Notes: generated from the letters alone by a model not told the origin. Positions 46,576 to 56,402 are shown, numbered from the stretch's first letter. The stretch: DNA of 64,000 bases from IMGVR_UViG_3300033997_000478:62001-126000, one strand, 5' to 3'. Translations and numbers: made by a program.

Positions 46576-47908
46576 TACCCGCTACACCCCACGCGCCTCG
46601 TTGATGCAGCACGTCGACGGCAGTTCGTGGGAAGTGGTGTATTACTCCCAGCTGCTGGGTGCCAGCAGTCAACCAGGTCCGCTGGACATCAACCGTTCGG
46701 CCACTGACCAGCAGTACTGCCGCATCCGTAACATGGAGATCAAGGTCACCACGCCCTTGACCCCTACTGAGGCAACTCCGGATCGCAGCCATACGCTGGA
46801 AGGTGTGGCTACGGTCTATCCGCACGTCAAGCCCAACTTCGGCGATATGTTCGTCGCTGACGTCGGTGACGGTCGTGCCGGTCTGTTTGCGGTGACCGCA
46901 GTGCGTCGCTTGACGCACCTGATGGAAACCTACAGCGAGATCGAATACAGCCTGGTCGATCTGATCGACACTCGTCCGGACATGAAGGCCAACCTCGAGA
47001 TCAAGACCAAGAAGAAGATGGTCTGGTACGAGGAGTTCCTCAAGTACGGTGAGAACCCGCAGATTCTGGAAAGCTTCTACGACGACATCATGTCGTTGAA
47101 TGCAGCCTACCAAGACCTGGCGCATTTCTACATGCGTGACTTCTTCTCCTCGCGTCTGAGTACGTTGCTGGTACCCGGTCAAAAGGGACCGACCTACGAT
47201 CCCTACCTGACCAAGGAACTGGTGCAGTGGTTGGTTGATGACATCCCGGAACTGCGCAAGGTCAAGATGCCCAGCATCACGGCCAACATCTACCACAACA
47301 ACTACACCCTCTGGGCGGCGTTGTCGGTGATGAAGCAGTCATACCTGACCAACTCGACCCAGCAGGCGCGCTTGATGTCCACCACTGCTTTCCGTGGCGT
47401 ACCGGACGTCAGCAGCATCTACTACACCGGTATCCAGTACGTGGTCTGCCCCAGTGACGCACCGGACAACGTGGACAGCGAGTACGACATCGATTCGTAT
47501 TGCTGCTGCAACACCGGCATGGGCAAGGGTTTTGACTTCACCAAGGGCGGTACGCTCTTGCAAGCCACTGGCCTGAAGTGGAAAGACCTGCTGCGCTATA
47601 TCCCCTCGGGCAATCTGGATGGTTTCACGGATGCCCCGAAGGATTCCCAAAAGCTCGAGAGCCTGCCCGACATCGTGCCTGTAACCTTCGATGAGTACTA
47701 CGTGCTCAGCGAGCCGATGTATCGGGGCGGTAAACTCAACTCCAAGTTGGAAGTGCTGGTCAAGCAAGCCTTGAACCAAGAACCCATCGACACGGTGACG
47801 TTGGTGGATCTGGTGCGTGGCGCCAGTAACTGGCCGAACTTGGAACGCTACTACTACCACCCGATTCTGTTTGCACTGATTAAGGTGGTGGTGCGGAGAA
47901 ATGCATGA
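46478..47908 (+). CDS. Virion structural protein (head-tail joining-like)
   Basis: SLMQHVDGSSW.V.YYSQ, PN.GDMF.AD.GDG motifs typical of phiKZ-like structural proteins. Confidence 0.65.
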   Translation: MSAIIKPNPTAPAPLDPVQVQIHSPIQRHAVVDTRYTPRASLMQHVDGSSWEVVYYSQLLGASSQPGPLDINRSATDQQYCRIRNMEIKVTTPLTPTEATPDRSHTLEGVATVYPHVKPNFGDMFVADVGDGRAGLFAVTAVRRLTHLMETYSEIEYSLVDLIDTRPDMKANLEIKTKKKMVWYEEFLKYGENPQILESFYDDIMSLNAAYQDLAHFYMRDFFSSRLSTLLVPGQKGPTYDPYLTKELVQWLVDDIPELRKVKMPSITANIYHNNYTLWAALSVMKQSYLTNSTQQARLMSTTAFRGVPDVSSIYYTGIQYVVCPSDAPDNVDSEYDIDSYCCCNTGMGKGFDFTKGGTLLQATGLKWKDLLRYIPSGNLDGFTDAPKDSQKLESLPDIVPVTFDEYYVLSEPMYRGGKLNSKLEVLVKQALNQEPIDTVTLVDLVRGASNWPNLERYYYHPILFALIKVVVRRNA

Positions 47909-48546
47909 CGGCTCGTACCGCTGTTGAGACCCGCTTTGTCAGGCGCGAGCGGGATCGTAGGAAGCACAGTCCGGCGTACAAGATCTTCTACTACATGTTC
48001 GACGTGTCGGTACCCTACGCGTACCACTTCACTGAGAACTACACCCGCTACTTGGGTGTGCCGGTCAGTGACGATCCAGAGTACAACAAGCGCCTGCCGT
48101 CGCAGATGGTGGGCGGTCGTTACACCGTGGCACAGATGGCCGAACTGTTTGACGAAGGCGCGCAGATCCTGCTGAGCAACCCCGAAGATGCGCTGACCAT
48201 CTATGAGATGATCTTCCAGCATCTGGAGGTGTGGTCCAGCAAGATCCGTTCCAAGGATCCACTGGATCTGGCCCAAGTCCCCGACCGTGATCTACTGGCC
48301 CTGTCGCGTCTGGGCGATGAACTGTATCGCCACGCCAAGCGCTTTGTGAAGATGCCGGTGCGTCGTGCCGGTGGTCTGATCTCTAAGCTGCAAGGCATGC
48401 GCGGTGGTCAGGTCAACGGCGGTCGTCACCGTGTGGTCGTACCGGTGGATGAAAAGGGTGTGCCCGAGCGTCCGCAGCTCAAGGACCACGCCGAGTTCAC
48501 CAAGGACATCATGTACGGTGGTAATGGGAGGACTCCGTGGAGCTGA
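47905..48546 (+). CDS. Conserved phiKZ-like hypothetical protein
   Basis: 213 aa, ATGA overlap with the previous gene. Confidence 0.75.
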   Translation: MTARTAVETRFVRRERDRRKHSPAYKIFYYMFDVSVPYAYHFTENYTRYLGVPVSDDPEYNKRLPSQMVGGRYTVAQMAELFDEGAQILLSNPEDALTIYEMIFQHLEVWSSKIRSKDPLDLAQVPDRDLLALSRLGDELYRHAKRFVKMPVRRAGGLISKLQGMRGGQVNGGRHRVVVPVDEKGVPERPQLKDHAEFTKDIMYGGNGRTPWS

Positions 48547-49922
48547 GGGATTCGGCACTGTGGGAAGAAATCAAAGCCATCGCCCTTCAGGGCGGTGGCG
48601 CTCCACTGATCTTTGGTTGGCGAGTTGAGTTCAAGGTCAAGGACAAGACCTACAAGCCGCTGAAGATGATCAGCATGGAGATCCTGCGCAACTACGCCAA
48701 TGCCATGGGCGATGAGATCGTCCTTGACGTGATGATGGGACAGGGTGATTTCCTCTACGACATCTACCCCAATCGCCAGAACCTGGTGGCCAACCTGTTC
48801 TGCGAACAGCGCGCTTACGATGAGAGCGTGGTCAAGCTGTCCTCGGACATCGAGACCCAGACGTTGCGCGCAACACTGATGGACGACCATTCGGCAGCTG
48901 TGGAGGCCAACACGTCCGCTGCTGCCAGTCGCGAAGACCTCAACCGTCTGGACCCGATCACGGTACGCTTCCAGTTGATCGATCAAGCGCTGGAGTATTC
49001 GCGCCTGCAATCGGTCCAAGTGTTGTTCCGCAACACCACCGTTGGTGACTGCTTGACCTACATCCTCACGGCAGCCAGCAAGGATGCCAACTTGGATGAG
49101 AACAACAAGGTCCTCGGTGTGGAGATGGTCGATCCGGCCAACACCGATGAGTACAAGCACATCGTCTTCCCCGGCGGCACCAAGCTCTCGCAGCTGCGTA
49201 ACTTCTTGCAGAAGAAAGTCGGTGGTCTGTATCCCACCGGCACCGGCCTGTACCTGCAAAAGCGAACGTGGTTCGTCTTCCCGCTGTTTGACCTGACGCG
49301 GTTTGACAAGAGCTTTGAAACGTTGACGGTGATCAATATCCCGCCCAACCAGTTGCCGAGCATCGAACGTTCATACCGCAAGACCAGCAACCAAACGCTG
49401 ATCGTGGCGACCGGACAAACCAAGCACATCGACCGTAGTGAGTCCAAGATCGCCAATGCCGGTAACGGTGTGCGTTACGCCGATGCGCGTAAGGTGATGG
49501 AGAACCAGCCCGCTGCCGGCGACAACAAGGCAGTGCTGAAACGATCTGAGACCAACAACGAGTTCATCACGGAAGAACGCCCCTCGGGGCTGAATAATGT
49601 GGTGACGTCTACCCGTCGCATCACGTCCAACAAGTTTGAAGAACTCTCCCAGATGTCTTCGCGCTACGGTGCGTTGGTGGAGACGTTGTGGGAAAACTCG
49701 GACCCCGGCTCCATTTGGCCTGGGATGCCGTTGAAGTTCCTCTACCTCAAAGGAAACGAGGTGAAGGAATTGAAGGGCGTTGTTCTGGGGGCACACCACT
49801 TCATTCAGACCTACGGACAGTCTGTGACGGATGGGCGACACATTTGCAATACTGCTCTGCAGCTTTTCGTTGAACGAGAAGACGTAGGTCCAGTAACCCC
49901 TCCCAGAGAAAGGAAACGCTAG
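48537..49922 (+). CDS. Baseplate hub-like virion protein (phiKZ gp101-like)
   Basis: Q...GG.Y.TG.G.Y, WENSD...I.PGMP motifs; synteny. Confidence 0.65.
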   Translation: MELRDSALWEEIKAIALQGGGAPLIFGWRVEFKVKDKTYKPLKMISMEILRNYANAMGDEIVLDVMMGQGDFLYDIYPNRQNLVANLFCEQRAYDESVVKLSSDIETQTLRATLMDDHSAAVEANTSAAASREDLNRLDPITVRFQLIDQALEYSRLQSVQVLFRNTTVGDCLTYILTAASKDANLDENNKVLGVEMVDPANTDEYKHIVFPGGTKLSQLRNFLQKKVGGLYPTGTGLYLQKRTWFVFPLFDLTRFDKSFETLTVINIPPNQLPSIERSYRKTSNQTLIVATGQTKHIDRSESKIANAGNGVRYADARKVMENQPAAGDNKAVLKRSETNNEFITEERPSGLNNVVTSTRRITSNKFEELSQMSSRYGALVETLWENSDPGSIWPGMPLKFLYLKGNEVKELKGVVLGAHHFIQTYGQSVTDGRHICNTALQLFVEREDVGPVTPPRERKR

Positions 49923-49925
49923 GTC

Positions 49926-50435
49926 ATGTCCAATCCCCTTACCTCCGAGAAGGTCATCCTGAACCTGATCAACGAGAAGGCCACCCGCCAGTTCGTTGCC
50001 GGTCAGCTCACCTTCGCCGCCCCGACCGTCATCAGCGACGGCGCGTTCAACACCAGCCTGGTGGTCTCCCCGGCCGCCGGTCAGCCGTACACCGGCACCC
50101 AGACCATCAAGTACACCCGTCTGGCTCTGGCCGACGCCCCGCAGGGCGCCAGCACCGAGTTCACCCTGGGCTCGCAGGCATCCACCTCGGACGTCCTGGC
50201 TGATCTGGTGGACCGCTACGGCGTGCTGCTGACCACCGAAGACATCATCGTCGAAGCCCTGCCGGCCGCTGACGAGTTCGGTGCCGTCAGCTTCAACCTG
50301 CGCGCCAACGGCGCTTCCAAGCTGTGGATCGGCCAGCTGGCCCTGGTCCTCAAGCCGGTTGAAGTGGCGCTCAACAGCGTCATCCCGACCGACATGGATG
50401 GCCTGACCATCACCGACGTGTCCACCGCCCCGTAA
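49926..50435 (+). CDS. Small beta-rich virion/tail-associated protein
   Basis: 169 aa; N-terminal LINEK, YTG...I.Y.RL.L, WIG.L motifs common in jumbo-phage tail accessory proteins. Confidence 0.6.
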   Translation: MSNPLTSEKVILNLINEKATRQFVAGQLTFAAPTVISDGAFNTSLVVSPAAGQPYTGTQTIKYTRLALADAPQGASTEFTLGSQASTSDVLADLVDRYGVLLTTEDIIVEALPAADEFGAVSFNLRANGASKLWIGQLALVLKPVEVALNSVIPTDMDGLTITDVSTAP

Positions 50436-50459
50436 GGGTCGACGGCATAAAAGCAGCAT

Positions 50460-50493
50460 AGCAGGAGGGCCGTGAGGCCCTCCTGCCTTATGC
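50460..50493. terminator. Bidirectional terminator
   Basis: GCAGGAGGGCC-GTGA-GGCCCTCCTGC CTTATGC, with GGCATAA upstream. Confidence 0.75.
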
Positions 50494-50497
50494 CGCC

Positions 50498-50938
50498 TTA
50501 GGCGTGCGCAGCGCGCTGCCACGGCCGGGTTTCACCGGCCTGGGGATTCCACGGACTGACTGAAACGATCTTGTACTTGGCGATGTCGGCGCTGGCAGCC
50601 AGACGCACGAAACGGTTGTCCAAGTAGTACGCTTCCTTGAAGTCGGACGAAGCCACTTCGCACAGGCAGTGACCTTCACCGTTCTCGGTGTAGCAGGTCA
50701 CCAGTCGTGCGTTGAACCCCAACCGCATGGCATTGTCCATTGCCACCATGGCGAACTCTTCACAGTCGCCAGTGAACTTGGTGACGCCCGAACTGCGCAG
50801 GTTACGCAGCGTGGAGCTGTCTTCCCAATGTTCCACCAGCCCCCACTTATCCTTGTCGGAGCGATAGGTGAACTTCTCGCGGATGTCGCGATGCAGAGAG
50901 GTGAGAGCGCCGTAGGCGCCGTGGTCGAAGCCGCTCAT
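50498..50938 (-). CDS. Transglutaminase-like cysteine peptidase (BTLCP/LapG-like)
   Basis: GDCEEFA (Cys), GEGHC (His), YYLDN (Asp) triad; Y.SD..KWG..EHW. Confidence 0.85.
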   Translation of the reverse strand: MSGFDHGAYGALTSLHRDIREKFTYRSDKDKWGLVEHWEDSSTLRNLRSSGVTKFTGDCEEFAMVAMDNAMRLGFNARLVTCYTENGEGHCLCEVASSDFKEAYYLDNRFVRLAASADIAKYKIVSVSPWNPQAGETRPWQRAAHA

Positions 50939-51102
50939 TAGCACTTCCCCCAACGACGACGCAGATCCAGACAGCCTGCCGGAGTCGGTGCCGGGCCGTC
51001 GGTTTGGATGGGTGCGCCGGTAGGACGCTTGGGTGCGGACTCACACCCGGCTACGAGTGCTACCCCAGCACACATGAGCGCATAAAGGACAAGACGTTTC
51101 AT
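50938..51102 (-). CDS. Small lipoprotein (54 aa)
   Basis: Signal peptide with lipobox VAG-C, Pro-rich, ends P.GC..LR.R..KC; TAATG coupling to the peptidase gene. Confidence 0.75.
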   Translation of the reverse strand: MKRLVLYALMCAGVALVAGCESAPKRPTGAPIQTDGPAPTPAGCLDLRRRWGKC

Positions 51103-51191
51103 TCCCCAGACTCCAGTTGAGATCACTATACAATTGGTGTAATTGATTACAGAGCTAAGAAATGCTGTGTCTATAACCTGTCAATAAGCTC

Positions 51192-51872
51192 ATGAACAAT
51201 CAAGGGAAGTTCCTCTGCGTAGAGGGTCCGGATGGCGCTGGCAAGACCACCCAGATGGAAATGCTGCGCGACTATCTGGTTGCTCGCGGCGTGGAAGTGG
51301 TGACCGTTCGTGAGCCGGGCGGGACGTTTATCGGTGAAGGCATCCGTTCGCTGTTCAAGCAGAACTTCGGACAGACCAACCCGATGGCCGAGGTCTACAT
51401 GATGCTCGCCGCCAAGACCCAGCTGTGGCACGAAGTCATCCAGCCGGCGCTGCGCCGTGGTGCCTGGGTGATCACCGATCGTTACACCCCGTCGCTGTAC
51501 GCCTACCAAGGCGGCGGCCATCGCGTCAGCCGCAACGTGCTCGACGGTCTGGTGCAGCGCGGTTACGCCGGTGGTGCGTTCGACGCCCCGCACGCTACGG
51601 TGCTGCTGCAAGTCTCCCGTGAAGAACAGGCTCGACGTCTGATGGGCCGTGCAGATAGCGAGGAGCTGGACAAGATCGATACCGCTGCTGCCGACTTCCG
51701 TGAGCGTGTGTACGCCACGTACGTCTCCATGGGGCAGCGTCAGGAAGGTTATCCGGTTGGCGTGGTGCATTTCCCCATCGACGCCGACCGCTCGCCGGAG
51801 GAAGTCCACCAGCTCGTCCTGACCGCCTTCAGCTGCGACCTACCGGAGTTCGATAGTGTCGAAGTCAACTGA
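51192..51872 (+). CDS. tmk: Thymidylate kinase
   Basis: FLCVEGPDGAGKTT, REPGGT..GE.IR, DRY..S..AYQG. Confidence 0.95.
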   Translation: MNNQGKFLCVEGPDGAGKTTQMEMLRDYLVARGVEVVTVREPGGTFIGEGIRSLFKQNFGQTNPMAEVYMMLAAKTQLWHEVIQPALRRGAWVITDRYTPSLYAYQGGGHRVSRNVLDGLVQRGYAGGAFDAPHATVLLQVSREEQARRLMGRADSEELDKIDTAAADFRERVYATYVSMGQRQEGYPVGVVHFPIDADRSPEEVHQLVLTAFSCDLPEFDSVEVN

Positions 51873-52365
51873 CATCCTGGAAGAGATCGAAACCCAACTG
51901 CGCAAGCCGGAAACGGACAAGCAGATGCTGTTGATGCAGTTGAAAGACTGCGTCAACGTGGCGGTTCTGGAGATGGACAAAGAAGACGGCCTGACCCGCG
52001 GTGCATTGGGCGGTGTGTTCTACTGTCTGGAGCGGTTGCGCAAGCACTGGAACCAAGACGGGCAAGCACCGTCCATGGAAGCGCTGACTGAGATCTACGC
52101 GCAGGTTGAACTGCAGCGTTTTGACTTCGACCAAGACCAGATCAAGCGCACTCAGCAGCACTACCGAGACGCCAACCTCTTGGCTCAGTTGCACCGAGTG
52201 GAACTGAAAGACGGGCGCAGCTGTTTTGTCCTGTCTTCGATACACAACCAAACCACGCTGGACGGTCGTTTGATCGCCAGGGGTGAGATGCTGCAATCGT
52301 CCCGCGCTCCTGTGCCGACCTTCGGTGAGATCGTGGACAAAGCCACTAACCGAGGGGGTAAGTGA
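51856..52365 (+). CDS. Hypothetical protein
   Basis: 169-aa ORF overlapping tmk and the next gene. Confidence 0.7.
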   Translation: MSKSTDILEEIETQLRKPETDKQMLLMQLKDCVNVAVLEMDKEDGLTRGALGGVFYCLERLRKHWNQDGQAPSMEALTEIYAQVELQRFDFDQDQIKRTQQHYRDANLLAQLHRVELKDGRSCFVLSSIHNQTTLDGRLIARGEMLQSSRAPVPTFGEIVDKATNRGGK

Positions 52366-53258
52366 TGGAAGACGTGGTGTGTCTTTTTCATGGGGACTGC
52401 TTTGATGGCATGGGTGCGGCGTGGACGGTCAGGCGCAAGTACCCCAACGCCAAGTTCATTCCGGTAGAATACCAGAAGGTTCCGCCGGTAGAAGAACTGC
52501 TGGGCAAGAACGTCCTGATCGTCGACTTCAGCTACAGCATCCATTGGTTGACTTACATCGCTGTGGCGGCCAAGTCGCTGGTGATCTACGATCACCACAA
52601 GAGTGCAGAGAACGACCTGCGCATGTACAACGACTGGGTCAAGACCGAGCGCCCAGACCTGACCGAACGCTTCCATGCCGTCTACGACGTCAAGCGCAGT
52701 GGTGCGCTGATCACCTGGGAGGAGCTCTTCCCGACGATCACCCCACCTCGACTGATCCAGCACATCAGCGATCGTGATTTGTGGACCAATGTCCTGCCGT
52801 CCACCCGAGAGATCATGGCCGGTGTGGGCGCATATCCGCTGGATCTGGACGTGTGGAATGCGGTGTTCCCTTATTACTACCCCGGTCACTTCGACATCGA
52901 ACAAGATGACCTGATGTGTGAACTGGCAATAGCGGGCACGCACATCCTGCGCAAACAGCAGACAGACATTGACCGATTGATCGCACTAACCAAGCGCGAG
53001 ATTACGATCGGCGAACACACAGTGCAGATGATCAACGTTCCTCGCCATCTGGTGAGTGAGGCAGTTGGTCAGCTCGCCAAAGGCGCACCCTTTGCGGTGG
53101 GCTACTTTGACACGGCCGAAGGCCGCGAGTTCAGCTTCCGCTCAACCAAGGGCGAGGGGTTGGACGTTTCCAAAGTCGCTGCCATCATCGGCGGCGGCGG
53201 TCACATGAATGCTGCCGGAGCTCGCGTACCGCGCGACCATCCGCTGGCTCAAATCTGA
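52362..53258 (+). CDS. DHH/DHHA1 family phosphoesterase
   Basis: FHG.C.DG, VDFS, YDHH, SGA..TW, D.DLW, FS.RS, GGGH..AAG. Confidence 0.92.
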   Translation: MMEDVVCLFHGDCFDGMGAAWTVRRKYPNAKFIPVEYQKVPPVEELLGKNVLIVDFSYSIHWLTYIAVAAKSLVIYDHHKSAENDLRMYNDWVKTERPDLTERFHAVYDVKRSGALITWEELFPTITPPRLIQHISDRDLWTNVLPSTREIMAGVGAYPLDLDVWNAVFPYYYPGHFDIEQDDLMCELAIAGTHILRKQQTDIDRLIALTKREITIGEHTVQMINVPRHLVSEAVGQLAKGAPFAVGYFDTAEGREFSFRSTKGEGLDVSKVAAIIGGGGHMNAAGARVPRDHPLAQI

Positions 53259-53266
53259 GAACTCCA

Positions 53267-54166
53267 ATGAACAACTTCTTCGTCAACCTCCATGCGTGGC
53301 TGAAGTCACAGCTGGTGTTCGTTGCCATGGCCGTCGTCTTCGGCCTGGTCGCGGGCTTTCTGCACTTCAACCACTCCCCGGTCACCTTCGTGGCCATCGC
53401 CACCCTCGTCGTCCTGACCCTCTACCTCACCTACGCCAACTACCGGCAGTACGAGCAGTTGGTGGGCGACCACGATGAGCAACTGGTGAGTCTCCATCGG
53501 GAACACAATGCCAAGGTAACCTCGATGGCTGATACCATCGAAGATCTGCGGGTCAAGCTGCACGGGGCCAACATCAACAACGCCACCCTGCGCAACCAGC
53601 TCGAATCCAAGGAGCTCGGCTACAGCCAAGCCCAGGCCGACCTGGCCGCAGGGGAGTTGAAACTGGCTGAGAAGCTCGCCCGCATCGAAGATCTGGAAGT
53701 GCAGCTCCAGACCGCGAAGGAGAATGCGCTCTTCAGTGACAATCGCCACAGCGTCGCCAAGATGGAAAGCGACTACCTGCGCCAGCACTCGCGTGAGCTG
53801 ATGATCTTCCTGGCCTCGGTCTACGAGTCCGGCACGCGCCAGGAGAACTACCTCGACGGCCTGCACTGGTTCCTGTACGTGGACGCCCCCGGTTCGCAGG
53901 TTCGCTTCCTGGTGCCGGAGCTGAGCGCCGAGATCTCCGCCTACGACAAGGACGCCAAGACCTTCGTGAACTTCCTCAAGGCCCTGCCGGCCTACGAGAA
54001 GGCCTGGGACGGCCACCTGCCGAACATGGTCTACGACCGACTGGTCGCACTGGCCGGCAAGCTGCACGACACCCGCCTGTCCCCGCCGATCGCTCTGGCC
54101 AGCACCGGCAAGGCGCCGACCAAGGCCCGCGTGGCCAAGAAGCGCGCTCGTGGCCCGAAGGCCTAA
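53267..54166 (+). CDS. Membrane protein with two N-terminal TM helices and a long coiled coil
   Basis: Hydrophobic residues ~16-55 followed by heptad-rich region. Confidence 0.75.
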   Translation: MNNFFVNLHAWLKSQLVFVAMAVVFGLVAGFLHFNHSPVTFVAIATLVVLTLYLTYANYRQYEQLVGDHDEQLVSLHREHNAKVTSMADTIEDLRVKLHGANINNATLRNQLESKELGYSQAQADLAAGELKLAEKLARIEDLEVQLQTAKENALFSDNRHSVAKMESDYLRQHSRELMIFLASVYESGTRQENYLDGLHWFLYVDAPGSQVRFLVPELSAEISAYDKDAKTFVNFLKALPAYEKAWDGHLPNMVYDRLVALAGKLHDTRLSPPIALASTGKAPTKARVAKKRARGPKA

Positions 54167-54410
54167 GCGCTACGGTAAGTGGGTACTGATCACCTGGGCA
54201 CTGGCGACCTTTGCCTACTTGGTGTCCTTCGTGTTCTGGATGATCGGTAACCAACCGCTTTACCGTGTCACTCAGCTGATTGCGGCCGGCCTCAGTTTCG
54301 CCTTGATCTACTTTGCCATCCAGTACAGCCATCAAATCAAGATGGAAGAGATTCAGGAGACGCTGGCGAACGTGCGGGCCCGCAAGAAGGTCGTCCCGAC
54401 CGAGGAATGA
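54150..54410 (+). CDS. Two-TM membrane protein, holin candidate
   Basis: Two hydrophobic helices and charged C-tail, directly upstream of the endolysin; function inferred. Confidence 0.55.
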   Translation: MARRPKRYGKWVLITWALATFAYLVSFVFWMIGNQPLYRVTQLIAAGLSFALIYFAIQYSHQIKMEEIQETLANVRARKKVVPTEE

Positions 54411-54413
54411 GAG

Positions 54414-54440
54414 AGCCCCCACCTTCGGGTGGGGGTTTTA
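54414..54440 (+). terminator. Intrinsic terminator, UUCG hairpin
   Basis: CCCCCACC-TTCG-GGTGGGGG TTTTA. Confidence 0.75.
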
Positions 54441-54477
54441 TTACGCAATCGTATGGTTAATACATCGGAGAACAACC

Positions 54478-55329
54478 ATGCTGTTGCGTCTGAATGACAA
54501 GAACTGCGCGGTCAAGGAGATGCAGCTGAAGCTGGGTCTGACCGCCGATGGGGCCTTTGGCCCTGCCACGCAGAAGGCCGTGATTGCCTTCCAGAAATCC
54601 AAGGGACTGGTCGCTGACGGCATCGCTGGTCCGGCCACCTTGGCCGCACTGGGCTTGACGGGTCTGGAGATCTGCTCGGCACCGGTGGGCGTGGGTACCA
54701 AGCTGGTCGAGCAGGATTACATCGACGCTGCCAAGCTGCTGTCCAAGCCAGGGCAAGCCTGTGAGGTGGCAGCCATCAAGGCGGTGGCGCTAGTGGAAGC
54801 CAAGGGTGTGGCTTTCCTGCCCAGCGGCAAGCCTAAGACCCTGTGGGAGCGCCACTGGTTCTGGAAGCTGATGACCGACACCAAGCTGCGCGACCGTCTG
54901 GCGCTGAGCGAACGCGACATCTGCTTCAAGTCGGCCAAGACCAACAAGAAGGTCGACGACGCCGGCAAGCCGATCCTGGAGATCGACCGCTACCAAGGCG
55001 GCGACAAGGAGTGGGAGTTCATCGATCGGGCCATGAAGTACGATGCCAATGCTGCCATGCAGTCGGCCTCGTTCGGCATGTTCCAGATCATGGGCTTCAA
55101 CTACCAGCGTGCCGGCTTCACCACCCCCAAGGCGTACTACGACTCCACCTTCCGTGGTGAGCGTGAGCACCTGATGGCCTTCGTCAACTTCATCAAGTCC
55201 GACGCCACCCTGTGGAACGCACTGCTGACGAAGAACTGGGCAGTCTTCGCCTTCAACTACAACGGTCCTGGCTACAAGGTCTACAGCTACGACACCAAGA
55301 TGGCCAACGCTTACAAGCAGTACAAATGA
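54478..55329 (+). CDS. Modular endolysin: PG_binding_1 plus N-acetylmuramidase (DUF3380-type)
   Basis: DG.FGP.T..AV..FQ...GL..DGIAGP.T; A.KAVA.VE..G, .ERH.F, S.SFG.FQIMGFN, W..FA..YNGP.Y. Confidence 0.93.
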   Translation: MLLRLNDKNCAVKEMQLKLGLTADGAFGPATQKAVIAFQKSKGLVADGIAGPATLAALGLTGLEICSAPVGVGTKLVEQDYIDAAKLLSKPGQACEVAAIKAVALVEAKGVAFLPSGKPKTLWERHWFWKLMTDTKLRDRLALSERDICFKSAKTNKKVDDAGKPILEIDRYQGGDKEWEFIDRAMKYDANAAMQSASFGMFQIMGFNYQRAGFTTPKAYYDSTFRGEREHLMAFVNFIKSDATLWNALLTKNWAVFAFNYNGPGYKVYSYDTKMANAYKQYK

Positions 55330-55342
55330 TCGACAGTATAGA

Positions 55343-55369
55343 GGCGGGCCTTCGGGCCCGCTTTTATGC
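55343..55369 (+). terminator. Intrinsic terminator, UUCG hairpin
   Basis: GGCGGGCC-TTCG-GGCCCGC TTTTATGC. Confidence 0.75.
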
Positions 55370-55477
55370 CATTGAAAAATTTCCGACGCCCTTACTATCC
55401 CTAAGAGAGCCCCTACTTCCGTAAAATCAAATTGTGGGCATCCATCATCTGAAACCTCTACCCGGCACACGAACCAC

Positions 55478-55801
55478 ATGAACGATACCGCAAAGCGCAA
55501 AGGCAAGTACCTGTACCAAGCTAACCGGGCAGCCCATGTTGCCGTCCTCTGGGCGGTCAATCAAGAACTTACCAGTGATGAAACCCTGCGCCTGCAGCGA
55601 ATGGAAGATACCCTGCGCAGTCATCCTGCGTTCGGACATCTGACCTTCGCACCGAAGGACGGCTACTGCGGAGTAGTCGAAGAATTTGATGTGCACCTGT
55701 ACAAGGGTAAGGAAATCTTCTACCCCCGCGGTGCCCACGTCCTGCCGTTGCCCCACTACATGCAGGTGGTTGGCAAGGGCTACTTCCAGTACGAGAAGTG
55801 A
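55478..55801 (+). CDS. Hypothetical protein
   Basis: 107-aa ORF. Confidence 0.75.
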   Translation: MNDTAKRKGKYLYQANRAAHVAVLWAVNQELTSDETLRLQRMEDTLRSHPAFGHLTFAPKDGYCGVVEEFDVHLYKGKEIFYPRGAHVLPLPHYMQVVGKGYFQYEK

Positions 55802-55802
55802 T

Positions 55803-56402
55803 ATGCCCCAAGGCCGTGATCTGATCGTTCGACAGGTTGCTGGAGTCGGCAGCCGGGAAACACCCGAAGAGATCAAGCCGCTGTTTTTGGACATCTTTGA
55901 ATGTCTGACCGATGACAACTACCAACTCACCAGTGGCGATGCACAAGGGCCCGACGAATGGGCCCACGAAGGAGCCATGCGTTCGTCTAACTATGGCTTG
56001 ATCGGTGCGAACATCTTCCTTCCGTGGAATGGCGTTCGTCGCCACGATGGTACCTACCGTTATGAGGACGGCAAGGTTTTCTTTGACGCCTCCAAGTTTG
56101 AGAACTGGGAACGTGCCGGCGAGATCTCTCTTGCTGCGCGCGGTTCATGGGAGGGTTTGGGTCGTGGTGGGATTGCCTTGCACACTCGCAATGCCTACCA
56201 AGTCCTCTCGCGCTCACTGGAGAAGCCTGTCAAACAGATCGTTTGCTGGGCCTTGCCGGTAGGTAAGAAAGGCCGGGTTAGGGGTGGTACCAACACTGCT
56301 CATCAGATTGGTTTGGACTACAATGTCCCAATCATCAACCTTGCCACCGAAGAAGGCATGCAGCGGGCGATGGACTATTTGCGACGTAAGGGAAGGCGCT
56401 GA
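55803..56402 (+). CDS. DprA/Smf-like Rossmann (SLOG superfamily) protein
   Basis: AGVGSR.TP, .SG.A.G.D.....GA, I.LPW.G, ..RN..Q.L, GGT..A...A...N.P..NL. Confidence 0.75.
   Translation: MPQGRDLIVRQVAGVGSRETPEEIKPLFLDIFECLTDDNYQLTSGDAQGPDEWAHEGAMRSSNYGLIGANIFLPWNGVRRHDGTYRYEDGKVFFDASKFENWERAGEISLAARGSWEGLGRGGIALHTRNAYQVLSRSLEKPVKQIVCWALPVGKKGRVRGGTNTAHQIGLDYNVPIINLATEEGMQRAMDYLRRKGRR

Noticed and set aside
50938-50950. Programmed frameshift fusing the lipoprotein and peptidase
   Set aside because: G-GGG-AAG is not a valid tandem-slippage heptamer; TAATG coupling is a sufficient explanation
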